NCBI GenBank assembly: GCA_030390025.1
Contig: CM059432.1
Span: 141,486,001-141,550,000, forward strand
Reading direction: 5' to 3'
Origin: Squalus acanthias
Taxonomy: Eukaryota
DNA: 64,000 bases
Positions 13,127-28,100 of the stretch are shown in pieces. Under the pieces are notes generated by a model that made no database searches, had not been told where the DNA came from, and saw only the letters and a list, made by a program, of their open reading frames with translations. The stretch's first letter is position 1, and every line of letters starts with the position of its first letter. The position numbers and the translations under genes are program-made.

Positions 13127-16100
13127 TTACACCACTGGCAAACTGTGCTGTATAACTCCTCTGGCACAGTACGCGTATAACTCCACTGGCACAGAACGGA
13201 GTATGACTGCACTGACACAGTGTAGAGTAGAACTCCGCTGGCAAACTGTGCTGTAAAACTCCTCTGGCACAGTATGGGTATAACTCCACTGGCACAATAT
13301 GGAGTATAACTCCACTGGCACAGTATGGAGTCTAACTCCACTCGCACTGTATGGAGTCTAATTCCACTGGCACAGTATGGAGTATAACTCCACTGGCACA
13401 GTATGGAGTCTAACTCCACTGGCACAGTATGGAGTATAACTCCACTGGCACAGTAAGGAGTATAACTCCTCTGGCACAGTATGGAGTATAACTCCACTGG
13501 CACAGTAAGGAGTATAACTCCACTGGCACAGTAAGGAGTATAACTCCACTGGCACAGTATGGAGTATAACTCCACTGGCACAGTATAGAGTATAACTCCA
13601 CTGGCACAGTAAGGAGTATAACTCCACTGGCACAGTATGGAGTATAACTCCACTTGCACAATATGGAGTATAACTCCACTGGCACAGTATGGAGTCTAAC
13701 TCCACTGGCACAGTATGGAGTATAACTCCACTGGCACAGTATGGAGTATAACTCCACTGGCACAGTAAGGAGTATAATTCCACTGGCACAGTATGGAGTA
13801 TAACTCCACTGGCACAGTAAGGAGTATAACTCCACTGGCACAGTAAGGAGTCTAACTCCACTGGCACAGTATGGAGTATAACTCCACTGGCACAGTATGG
13901 AGTATAACTCCACTGGCACAGTAAGGAGTATAACTCCACTGGCACAGTAAGGAGTATAACTCCACTGGCACAGTAAGGAGTATAACTCCACTGGCACAGT
14001 AAGGAGTATAACTCCACTGGCACAGTATGGAGTATAACTCCACTGGCACAGTATGGAATCTAACTCCACTGGCACAGTAAGGAGTATAACTCCACTGGCA
14101 CAGTATGGGTATAACTCCACTCGCACAGTATGGAGTCTAACTCCACTGGCACAGTACGGAGTATAACTCCACTGGCACAGTATGGAATATAACTCCACTG
14201 GCACAGTACGGAGTATAACTCCACTGGCACAGTATGGAGTATAACTCCACTGGCACAGTAAGGAGTATAACTCCACTGGCACAGTATGGAGTATAACTCC
14301 ACTGGCACAGTGTAGAGTAGAACTCCGCTGGCAAACTGTGCTGTAAAACTCCTCTGGCACACTATGGGTATAACTCCACTGGCACAATATGGAGTATAAC
14401 TCCACTGGCACAGTATGGAGTCTAACTCCACTCGCACTGTATGGAGTCTAATTCCACTGGCACAGTATGGAGTATAACTCCACTGGCACAGTATGGAGTC
14501 TAACTCCACTGGCACAGTATGGAGTATAACTCCACTGGCACAGTAAGGAGTATAACTCCTCTGGCACAGTATGGAGTATAACTCCACTGGCACAGTAAGG
14601 AGTATAACTCCACTGGCACAGTAAGGAGTATAACTCCACTGGCACAGTATGGAGTATAACTCCACTGGCACAGTATAGAGTATAACTCCACTGGCACAGT
14701 AAGGAGTATAACTCCACTGGCACAGTATGGAGTATAACTCCACTTGCACAATATGGAGTATAACTCCACTGGCACAGTATGGAGTCTAACTCCACTGGCA
14801 CAGTATGGAGTATAACTCCACTGGCACAGTATGGAGTATAACTCCACTGGCACAGTAAGGAGTATAATTCCACTGGCACAGTATGGAGTATAACTCCACT
14901 GGCACAGTAAGGAGTATAACTCCACTGGCACAGTAAGGAGTCTAACTCCACTGGCACAGTATGGAGTATAACTCCACTGGCACAGTATGGAGTATAACTC
15001 CACTGGCACAGTAAGGAGTATAACTCCACTGGCACAGTAAGGAGTATAACTCCACTGGCACAGTAAGGAGTATAACTCCACTGGCACAGTAAGGAGTATA
15101 ACTCCACTGGCACAGTATGGAGTATAACTCCACTGGCACAGTATGGAATCTAACTCCACTGGCACAGTAAGGAGTATAACTCCACTGGCACAGTATGGGT
15201 ATAACTCCACTCGCACAGTATGGAGTCTAACTCCACTGGCACAGTACGGAGTATAACTCCACTGGCACAGTAAGGAGTATAACTCCACTGGCACAGTAAG
15301 GAGTCTAACTCCACTGGCACAGTATGGAGTATAACTCCACTGGCACAGTATGGAGTATAACTCCACTGGCACAGTAAGGAGTATAACTCCACTGGCACAG
15401 TAAGGAGTATAACTCCACTGGCACAGTAAGGAGTATAACTCCACTGGCACAGTAAGGAGTATAACTCCACTGGCACAGTATGGAGTATAACTCCACTGGC
15501 ACAGTATGGAATCTAACTCCACTGGCACAGTAAGGAGTATAACTCCACTGGCACAGTATGGGTATAACTCCACTCGCACAGTATGGAGTCTAACTCCACT
15601 GGCACAGTACGGAGTATAACTCCACTGGCACAGTATGGAATATAACTCCACTGGCACAGTACGGAGTATAACTCCACTGGCACAGTATGGAGTATAACTC
15701 CACTGGCACAGTAAGGAGTATAACTCCACTGGCACAGTATGGAGTATAACTCCACTGGCACAGTGTAGAGTAGAACTCCGCTGGCAAACTGTGCTGTAAA
15801 ACTCCTCTGGCACACTATGGGTATAACTCCACTGGCACAATATGGAGTATAACTCCACTGGCACAGTATGGAGTCTAATTCCACTCGCACTGTATGGAGT
15901 CTAACTCCACTGGCACAGTATGGAGTATAACTCCACTGGCACAGTATGGAGTATAACTCCTCTGGCACAGTATGGGTATAACTCCACTGGCACAATATGG
16001 CGTATAACTCCACTGGCACAGTAAGGAGTATAACTCCTCTGGCACAGTATGGAGTATAACTCCACTGGCACAGTATGGAGTATAACTCCACTGGCACAGT

Positions 16101-19100
16101 AAGGAGTATAACTCCACTTGCACAGTATGGAGTATAACTCCACTTGCACAGTATGGAGTATAACTCCACTGGCACAGTATGGAGTATAACTCCACTGGCA
16201 CAGTATGGAGTATAACTCCACTGGCACAGTATGGAGTATAACTCCACTTGCACAGTATGGAGTATAACTCCACTGGCACAGTATGGAGTATAACTCCACT
16301 GGCACAGTATGGAGTATAACTCCACTGGCACAGTATGGAGTATAACTCCACTGGCACAGTAAGGAGTATAACTCCACTGGCACAGTATGGAGTATAACTC
16401 CACTGGCACAGTATGGAGTATAACTCCACTGGCACAGTAAGGAGTATAACTCCACTGGAACAATATGGAGTATAACTCCACTGGCACAGTATGGAATCTA
16501 ACTCCACTGGCACAGTATGGAGTATAACTCCACTGGCACAGTAAGGAGTATAACTCCACTGGCACAGTATGGAGTATAACTCCTCTGGCACAGTATGGGG
16601 ATAACTGCACTGGCACAATATGGAGTATAACTCCACTGGCACAGTAAGGAGTATAACTCCTCTGGCACAGTATGGAGTATAACTCCACTGGCACAGTAAG
16701 GAGTCTAACTCCACTCGCACAGTAAGGAGTATAACTCCACTGGCACAGTAAGGAGTATAACTCCACTGGCACAGTATGGAGTCTAACTCCACTGGCACAG
16801 TAAGGAGTATAACTCCACTGGCACAGTATGGAGTATAACTCCACTGGCACAGTATGGAGTATAACTCCACTGGCACAGTAAGGAGTCTAACTCCACTGGC
16901 ACAGTAAGGAGTATAACTCCACTGGCACAGTATGGAGTATAACTCCACTGGCACAGTATGGAGTATAACTCCACTGGCACAGTATGGAGTATAACTCCAC
17001 TGGCACAGTATGGAGTATAACTCCACTGGCACAGTAAGGAGTATAACTCCACTGGCACAGTATAGAGTATAACTCCACTGGCACAGTATGGAGTCTAACT
17101 CCACTGGCACAGTAAGGAGTATAACTCCACTGGCACAGTATGGAATATAACTCCACCGGCACAGTATGGAGTATAACTCCACTGGCACAGTAAGGAGTAT
17201 AACTCCACTGGCACAGTACGGAGTATAACTCCACTGGCACAGTATGGAGTCTAACTCCACTCGCACAGTAAGGAGTATAACTCCACTGGCACAGTATGGA
17301 GTCTAACTCCACTGGCACAGTACGGAGTATAACTCCACTGGCACAGTATGGAGTATAACTCTACTGGCACAGTAAGGAGTATAACTCCACTGGCACAGTA
17401 AGGAGTATAACTCCACTGGCACAGTATGGAGTCTAACTCCACTCGCACAGTATGGAGTCTAACTCCACTCGCACAGTATGGAGTATAACTCCACTGGCAC
17501 AGTATGGAGTATAACTCCACTGGCAAAGTATGGAGTATAACTCCACTGGCACAGTATGGAATATAACTCCACTGGCACAGTACGGAGTATACCTCCACTG
17601 GCACAGTATGGAGTATAACTCCACTGGCAAAGTATTGAGTATAACTCCACTGGCACAGTATGGAATATAACTCCACTGGCACAGTACGGAGTATAACTCC
17701 ACTGGCACAGTATGGAGTATAACTCCACTGGCACAGTAAGGAGTATAACTCCACTGGCACAGTTAGGAGTATAACTCCAGTGGCACAGTATGGGGTTTAA
17801 CACCACTCGCACAGTATGGAGTATATCTCCACTGGCACAGTGTAGAGTAGAACTCCGCTGGCAAACTGTGCTGTAAAACTCCTCTGGCACACTATGGGTA
17901 TAACTCCACTGGCACAATATGGAGTATAACTCCACTGGCACAGTATGGAGTCTAACTCCACTCGCACTGTATGGAGTCTAACTCCACTCGCACAGTATGG
18001 AGTATAACTCCACTGGCACAGTATGGAGTATAACTCCACTGGCACAGTATGGAGTCTAACTCCACTCGCACTGTATGGAGTCTAACTCCACTCGCACAGT
18101 ATGGAGTATAACTCCACTGGCACGGTATGGAGTATAACTCCTCTGGCACAGTATGGGTATAACTCCACTGGCACAATATGGAGTATAACTCCACTGGCAC
18201 AGTAAGGAGTATAACTCCTCTGGCACAGTATGGAGTATAACTCCACTTGCACAGTATGGAGTATAACTCCACTGGCACAGTATGGAGTATAACTCCACTT
18301 GCACAGTATGGAGTATAACTCCACTGGCACAGTATGGAGTATAACTCCACTGGCACAGTATGGAGTATAACTCCACTGGCACAGTATGGAGTCTAACTCC
18401 ACTGGCACAGTAAGGAGTATAACTCCACTGGAACAATATGGAGTATAACTCCACTGGCACAGTATGGAATCTAACTCCACTGGCACAGTATGGAGTATAA
18501 CTCCACTGGCACAGTAAGGAGTATAACTCCACTGGCACAATATGGAGTATAACTCCACTGGCACAGTATGGAGTCTAACTCCACTCGCACTGTATGGAGT
18601 CTAACTCCACTCGCGCAGTATGGAGTATAACACCACTGGCACAGTATGGAGTATAACTCCTCTGGCACAGTATGGAGTATAACTCCACTGGCACAGTATG
18701 GAGTATAACTCCACTGGCACAGTATGGAGTATAACTCCACTGGCACAGTATGGAGTCTAACTCCACTGGCACAGTAAGGAGTATAACTCCACTGGCACAG
18801 TATGGAGTATAACTCCACTTTCTCAGTATGGAGTCTAACTCCACTCGCACAGTATGGAGTATAACTCCACTGGCACTGTATGGAGTATAACTCCACTGGC
18901 ACAGTATGGAGTATAACTCCACTGGCACAGTATGGAGTATAACTCCACTGGCACATTAAGGAGTATAACTCCACTCGAACAGTATGGAGTATAACTCCAC
19001 TGGCACAGTACGGAGTATAACTCCACTGGCACAGTATGGAGTATAACTCCACTGGCACATTAAGGAGTATAACTCCACTGGCACAGTAAGGAGTATAACT

Positions 19101-22100
19101 CCACTGGCACAGTATGGAGTATAACTCCACTGGCACATTAAGGAGTATAACTCCACTCGCACAGTATGGAGTATAACTCCACTGGCACAGTACGGAGTAT
19201 AACTCCACTGGCACAGTATGGAGTCTAACTCCACTGGCACAGTATAGAGTATAACTCCACTGGCACAGTAAGGAGTATAACTCCACTGGCACATTAAGGA
19301 GTATAACTCCACTGGCACATTAAGGAGTATAACTCCACTGGCACAGTAAGGAGTATAACTCCACTGGCACAGTATGGAGTATAACTCCACTGGCACAGTA
19401 TGGAGTATAACTCCACTGGCACAGTATGGAGTCTAACTCCACTCGCACTGTATGGAGTCTAACTCCACTCGCACAGTATGGAGTATAACTCCACTGGCAC
19501 AGTATGGAGTATAACACCACTGGCACAGTATGGAGTCTAACTCCACTCGCACTGTATGGAGTCTAACTCCACTCGCACAGTATGGAGTCTAACTCCTCTG
19601 GCACAGTATGGAGTATAACTCCACTGGCACAGTAAGGAGTATAACTCCACTTGCACAGTATGGAGTATAACTCCACTTGCACAGTATGGAGTATAACTCC
19701 ACTGGCACAGTATGGAGTATAACTCCACTGGCACAGTATGGAGTATAACTCCACTGGCACAGTATGGAGTATAACTCCACTTGCACAGTATGGAGTATAA
19801 CTCCACTGGCACAGTATGGAGTATAACTCCACTGGCACAGTATGGAGTATAACTCCACTGGCACAGTATGGAGTATAACTCCACTGGCACAGTATGGAGT
19901 ATAACTCCACTGGCACAGTATGGAGTATAACTCCACTGGCACAGTAAGGAGTATAACTCCACTGGAACAATATGGAGTATAACTCCACTGGCACAGTATG
20001 GAATCTAACTCCACTGGCACAGTATGGAGTATAACTCCACTGGCACAGTAAGGAGTATAACTCCACTGGCACAGTATGGAGTATAACTCCTCTGGCACAG
20101 TATGGGGATAACTGCACTGGCACAATATGGAGTATAACTCCACTGGCACAGTAAGGAGTATAACTCCTCTGGCACAGTATGGAGTATAACTCCACTGGCA
20201 CAGTAAGGAGTCTAACTCCACTCGCACAGTAAGGAGTATAACTCCACTGGCACAGTAAGGAGTATAACTCCACTGGCACAGTATGGAGTATAACTCCACT
20301 GGCACAGTATGGAGTATAACTCCACTGGCACAGTATGGAGTATAACTCCACTGGCACAGTAAGGAGTATAACTCCACTGGCACAGTAAGGAGTATAACTC
20401 CACTGGCACAGTAAGGAGTATAACTCCACTGGCACAGTATGGAGTATAACTCCACTGGCACAGTATGGAATCTAACTCCACTGGCACAGTAAGGAGTATA
20501 ACTCCACTGGCACAGTATGGGTGTAACTCCACTCGCACAGTATGGAGTCTAACTCCACTGGCACAGTAAGGAGTATAACTCCACTGGCACAGTATGGAGT
20601 ATAACTCCACTGGCACAGTAAGGAGTATAACCCCACTGGCACAGTATGGAGTATAACTCTACTGGCACAGTATGGAGTATAACTCCACTGGCACAGTAAG
20701 GAGTCTAACTCCACTCGCACAGTAAGGAGTATAACTCCACTGGCACAGTATGGAGTATAACTCCACTGGCACAGTATGGAGTATAACTCCACTGGCACAG
20801 TATGGAGTATAACTCCACTGGCACAGTAAGGAGTCTAACTCCACTGGCACAGTATGGAGTCTAACTCCACTGGCACAGTAAGGAGTATAACTCCACTGGC
20901 ACAGTATGGAGTATAACTCCACTGGCACAGTATGGAGTATAACTCCACTGGCACAGTAAGGAGTCTAACTCCACTGGCACAGTAAGGAGTATAACTCCAC
21001 TGGCACAGTATGGAGTATAACTCCACTGGCACAGTATGGAGTATAACTCCACTGGCACAGTATGGAGTATAACTCCACTGGCACAGTATGGAGTATAACT
21101 CCACTGGCACAGTAAGGAGTATAACTCCACTGGCACAGTATAGAGTATAACTCCACTGGCACAGTATGGAGTCTAACTCCACTGGCACAGTAAGGAGTAT
21201 AACTCCACTGGCACAGTATGGAATATAACTCCACCGGCACAGTATGGAGTATAACTCCACTGGCACAGTAAGGAGTATAACTCCACTGGCACAGTACGGA
21301 GTATAACTCCACTGGCACAGTATGGAGTCTAACTCCACTCGCACAGTAAGGAGTATAACTCCACTGGCACAGTATGGAGTCTAACTCCACTGGCACAGTA
21401 CGGAGTATAACTCCACTGGCACAGTATGGAGTATAACTCTACTGGCACAGTAAGGAGTATAACTCCACTGGCACAGTAAGGAGTATAACTCCACTGGCAC
21501 AGTATGGAGTCTAACTCCACTCGCACAGTATGGAGTCTAACTCCACTCGCACAGTATGGAGTATAACTCCACTGGCACAGTATGGAGTATAACTCCACTG
21601 GCAAAGTATGGAGTATAACTCCACTGGCACAGTATGGAATATAACTCCACTGGCACAGTACGGAGTATAACTCCACTGGCACAGTATGGAGTATAACTCC
21701 ACTGGCAAAGTATTGAGTATAACTCCACTGGCACAGTATGGAATATAACTCCACTGGCACAGTACGGAGTATAACTCCACTGGCACAGTATGGAGTATAA
21801 CTCCACTGGCACAGTAAGGAGTATAACTCCACTGGCACAGTAAGGAGTATAACTCCAGTGGCACAGTATGGGGTTTAACACCACTCGCACAGTATGGAGT
21901 ATATCTCCACTGGCACAGTGTAGAGTAGAACTCCGCTGGCAAACTGTGCTGTAAAACTCCTCTGGCACACTATGGGTATAACTCCACTGGCACAATATGG
22001 AGTATAACTCCACTGGCACAGTATGGAGTCTAACTCCACTCGCACTGTATGGAGTCTAACTCCACTCGCACAGTATGGAGTATAACTCCACTGGCACAGT

Positions 22101-25100
22101 ATGGAGTATAACTCCACTGGCACAGTATGGAGTCTAACTCCACTCGCACTGTATGGAGTCTAACTCCACTCGCACAGTATGGAGTATAACTCCACTGGCA
22201 CAGTATGGAGTATAACTCCTCTGGCACAGTATGGGTATAACTCCACTGGCACAATATGGAGTATAACTCCACTGGCACAGTAAGGAGTATAACTCCTCTG
22301 GCACAGTATGGAGTATAACTCCACTTGCACAGTATGGAGTATAACTCCACTGGCACAGTATGGAGCATAACTCCACTTGCACAGTATGGAGTATAACTCC
22401 ACTGGCACAGTATGGAGTATAACTCCACTGGCACAGTATGGAGTATAACTCCACTGGCACAGTATGGAGTCTAACTCCACTGGCACAGTAAGGAGTATAA
22501 CTCCACTGGCACAGTATGGAGTATAACTCCACTGGCACAGTATGGAGTCTAACTCCACTGGCACAGTAAGGAGTATAACTCCACTGGCACAGTATGGAGT
22601 ATAACTCCACTGGCACAGTATGGAGTCTAACTCCACTGGCACAGTAAGGAGTATAACTCCACTGGCACAGTATGGGTGTAACTCCACTCGCACAGTATGG
22701 AGTCTAACTCCACTGGCACAGTAAGGAGTATAACTCCACTGGCACAGTATGGAGTATAACTCCACTGGCACAGTAAGGAGTATAACCCCACTGGCACAGT
22801 ATGGAGTATAACTCCACTGGCACAGTAAGGAGTCTAACTCCACTCGCACAGTAAGGAGTATAACTCCACTGGCACAGTATGGAGTATAACTCCACTGGCA
22901 CAGTATGGAGTATAACTCCACTGGCACAGTATGGAGTATAACTCCACTGGCACAGTAAGGAGTCTAACTCCACTGGCACAGTATGGAGTCTAACTCCACT
23001 GGCACAGTAAGGAGTATAACTCCACTGGCACAGTATGGAGTATAACTCCACTGGCACAGTATGGAGTATAACTCCACTGGCACAGTAAGGAGTCTAACTC
23101 CACTGGCACAGTAAGGAGTATAACTCCACTGGCACAGTATGGAGTATAACTCCACTGGCACAGTATGGAGTATAACTCCACTGGCACAGTATGGAGTATA
23201 ACTCCACTGGCACAGTATGGAGTATAACTCCACTGGCACAGTAAGGAGTATAACTCCACTGGCACAGTATAGAGTATAACTCCACTGGCACAGTATGGAG
23301 TCTAACTCCACTGGCACAGTAAGGAGTATAACTCCACTGGCACAGTATGGAATATAACTCCACCGGCACAGTATGGAGTATAACTCCACTGGCACAGTAA
23401 GGAGTATAACTCCACTGGCACAGTACGGAGTATAACTCCACTGGCACAGTATGGAGTCTAACTCCACTCGCACAGTAAGGAGTATAACTCCACTGGCACA
23501 GTATGGAGTCTAACTCCACTGGCACAGTACGGAGTATAACTCCACTGGCACAGTATGGAGTATAACTCTACTGGCACAGTAAGGAGTATAACACCACTGG
23601 CACAGTAAGGAGTATAACTCCACTGGCACAGTATGGAGTCTAACTCCACTCGCACAGTATGGAGTCTAACTCCACTCGCACAGTATGGAGTATAACTCCA
23701 CTGGCACAGTATGGAGTATAACTCCACTGGCAAAGTATGGAGTATAACTCCACTGGCACAGTATGGAATATAACTCCACTGGCACAGTACGGAGTATAAC
23801 TCCACTGGCACAGTATGGAGTATAACTCCACTGGCAAAGTATTGAGTATAACTCCACTGGCACAGTATGGAATATAACTCCACTGGCACAGTACGGAGTA
23901 TAACTCCACTGGCACAGTATGGAGTATAACTCCACTGGCACAGTAAGGAGTATAACTCCACTGGCACAGTAAGGAGTATAACTCCAGTGGCACAGTATGG
24001 GGTTTAACACCACTCGCACAGTATGGATTATATCTCCACTGGCACAGTGTAGAGTAGAACTCCGCTGGCAAACTGTGCTGTAAAACTCCTCTGGCACACT
24101 ATGGGTATAACTCCACTGGCACAATATGGAGTATAACTCCACTGGCACAGTATGGTGTCTAACTCCACTCGCACTGTATGGAGTCTAACTCCACTCGCAC
24201 AGTATGGAGTATAACTCCACTGGCACAGTATGGAGTATAACTCCACTGGCACAGTATGGAGTCTAACTCCACTCGCACTGTATGGAGTCTAACTCCACTC
24301 GCACAGTATGGAGTATAACTCCACTGGCACAGTATGGAGTATAACTCCTCTGGCACAGTATGGGTATAACTCCACTGGCACAATATGGAGTATAACTCCA
24401 CTGGCACAGTATGGAGTATAACTCCACTGGCACAGTATGGAGTATACCTCCACTTGCACAGTATGGAGTATAACTCCACTGGCACAGTATGGAGTATAAC
24501 TCCACTGGCACAGTAAGGAGTATAACTCCACTGGCACAGTAAGGAGTATAACTCCACTGGCACAGTAAGGAGTATAACTCCACTGGCACAGTATGGAGTA
24601 TAACTCCACTGGCACAGTATGGAATCTAACTCCACTGGCACAGTAAGGAGTATAACTCCACTGGCACAGTATGGGTGTAACTCCACTCGCACAGTATGGA
24701 GTCTAACTCCACTGGCACAGTAAGGAGTATAACTCCACTGGCACAGTATGGAGTATAACTCTACTGGCACAGTATGGAGTATAACTCCACTGGCACAGTA
24801 AGGAGTCTAACTCCACTCGCACAGTAAGGAGTATAACTCCACTGGCACAGTATGGAGTATAACTCCACTGGCACAGTATGGAGTATAACTCCACTGGCAC
24901 AGTATGGAGTATAACTCCACTGGCACAGTAAGGAGTATAACTCCACTGGCACAGTATGGAGTCTAACTCCACTGGCACAGTAAGGAGTATAACTCCACTG
25001 GCACAGTATGGAGTATAACTCCACTGGCACAGTATGGAGTATAACTCCACTGGCACAGTAAGGAGTCTAACTCCACTGGCACAGTAAGGAGTATAACTCC

Positions 25101-28100
25101 ACTGGCACAGTATGGAGTATAACTCCACTGGCACAGTATGGAGTATAACTCCACTGGCACAGTATGGAGTATAACTCCACTGGCACAGTATGGAGTATAA
25201 CTCCACTGGCACAGTAAGGAGTATAACTCCACTGGCACAGTATGGAGTATAACTCCACTGGCACAGTAAGGAGTATAACTCCACTGGCACAGTATGGAGT
25301 ATAACTCCACTGGCACAGTAAGGAGTATAACTCCACTGGCACAGTAAGGAGTATAACTCCACTGGCACAGTATGGAGTATAACTCCACTGGCACAGTATG
25401 GAGTATAACTCCACTGGCACAGTATGGAGTATAACTCCACTGGCACAGTAAGGAGTCTAACTCCACTGGCACAGTATGGAGTCTAACTCCACTGGCACAG
25501 TAAGGAGTATAACTCCACTGGCACAGTATGGAGTATAACTCCACTGGCACAGTATGGAGTATAACTCCACTGGCACAGTAAGGAGTCTAACTCCACTGGC
25601 ACAGTAAGGAGTATAACTCCACTGGCACAGTATGGAGTATAACTCCACTGGCACAGTATGGAGTATAACTCCACTGGCACAGTATGGAGTATAACTCCAC
25701 TGGCACAGTATGGAGTATAACTCCACTGGCACAGTAAGGAGTATAACTCCACTGGCACAGTATAGAGTATAACTCCACTGGCACAGTATGGAGTCTAACT
25801 CCACTGGCACAGTAAGGAGTATAACTCCACTGGCACAGTATGGAATATAACTCCACCGGCACAGTATGGAGTATAACTCCACTGGCACAGTAAGGAGTAT
25901 AACTCCACTGGCACAGTACGGAGTATAACTCCACTGGCACAGTATGGAGTCTAACTCCACTCGCACAGTAAGGAGTATAACTCCACTGGCACAGTATGGA
26001 GTCTAACTCCACTGGCACAGTACGGAGTATAACTCCACTGGCACAGTATGGAGTATAACTCTACTGGCACAGTAAGGAGTATAACTCCACTGGCACAGTA
26101 AGGAGTATAACTCCACTGGCACAGTATGGAGTCTAACTCCACTCGCACAGTATGGAGTCTAACTCCACTCGCACAGTATGGAGTATAACTCCACTGGCAC
26201 AGTATGGAGTATAACTCCACTGGCAAAGTATGGAGTATAACTCCACTGGCACAGTATGGAATATAACTCCACTGGCACAGTACGGAGTATAACTCCACTG
26301 GCACAGTATGGAGTATAACTCCACTGGCAAAGTATTGAGTATAACTCCACTGGCACAGTATGGAATATAACTCCACTGGCACAGTACGGAGTATAACTCC
26401 ACTGGCACAGTATGGAGTATAACTCCACTGGCACAGTAAGGAGTATAACTCCACTGGCACAGTAAGGAGTATAACTCCAGTGGCACAGTATGGGGTTTAA
26501 CACCACTCGCACAGTATGGAGTATATCTCCACTGGCACAGTGTAGAGTAGAACTCCGCTGGCAAACTGTGCTGTAAAACTCCTCTGGCACACTATGGGTA
26601 TAACTCCACTGGCACAATATGGAGTATAACTCCACTGGCACAGTATGGAGTCTAACTCCACTCGCACTGTATGGAGTCTAACTCCACTCGCACAGTATGG
26701 AGTATAACTCCACTGGCACAGTATGGAGTATAACTCCACTGGCACAGTATGGAGTCTAACTCCACTCGCACTGTATGGAGTCTAACTCCACTCGCACAGT
26801 ATGGAGTATAACTCCACTGGCACAGTATGGAGTATAACTCCTCTGGCACAGTATGGGTATAACTCCACTGGCACAATATGGAGTATAACTCCACTGGCAC
26901 AGTAAGGAGTATAACTCCTCTGGCACAGTATGGAGTATAACTCCACTTGCACAGTATGGAGTATAACTCCACTGGCACAGTATGGAGTATAACTCCACTG
27001 GCACAGTATGGAGTATAACTCCACTGGCACAGTAAGGAGTATAACTCCACTGGCACAGTAAGGAGTATAACTCCACTGGCACAGTATGGAGTATAACTCC
27101 ACTGGCACAGTATGGAATCTAACTCCACTGGCACAGTAAGGAGTATAACTCCACTGGCACAGTATGGGAGTAACTCCACTCGCACAGTATGGAGTCTAAC
27201 TCCACTGGCACAGTAAGGAGTATAACTCCACTGGCACAGTATGGAGTATAACTCCACTGGCACAGTAAGGAGTATAACTCCACTGGCACAGTATGGAGTA
27301 TAACTCTACTGGCACAGTATGGAGTATAACTCCACTGGCACAGTAAGGAGTCTAACTCCACTGCACAGTAAGGAGTATAACTCCACTGGCACAGTATGGA
27401 GTATAACTCCACTGGCACAGTATGGAGTATAACTCCACTGGCACAGTATGGAGTATAACTCCACTGGCACAGTAAGGAGTATAACTCCACTGGCACAGTA
27501 TGGAGTCTAACTCCACTGGCACAGTAAGGAGTATAACTCCACTGGCACAGTATGGAGTATAACTCCACTGGCACAGTATGGAGTATAACTCCACTGGCAC
27601 AGTAAGGAGTCTAACTCCACTGGCACAGTATGGAGTATAACTCCACTGGCACAGTATGGAGTATAACTCCACTGGCACAGTATGGAGTATAACTCCACTG
27701 GCACAGTATGGAGTATAACTCCACTGGCACAGTATGGAGTATAACTCCACTGGCACAGTAAGGAGTATAACTCCACTGGCACAGTATGGAGTATAACTCC
27801 ACTGGCACAGTATGGAGTCTAACTCCACTGGCACAGTAAGGAGTATAACTCCACTGGCACAGTATGGAGTATAACTCCACTGGCACAGTATGGAGTATAA
27901 CTCCACTGGCACAGTAAGGAGTATAACTCCACTGGCACAGTAAGGAGTATAACTCCACTGGCACAGTAAGGAGTATAACTCCACTGGCACAGTAAGGAGT
28001 ATAACTCCACTGGCACAGTATGGAGTCTAACTCCACTGGCACAGTAAGGAGTATAACTCCACTGCACAGTATGGAGTATAACTCCACTGGCACAGTAAGG

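Noticed and set aside
1225..26600. RSS-like heptamers CACAGCG/CACAGTG in both satellites
   Set aside because: No ACAAAAACC-like nonamer at 12- or 23-bp spacing in the units examined, and no V/D/J segments nearby.
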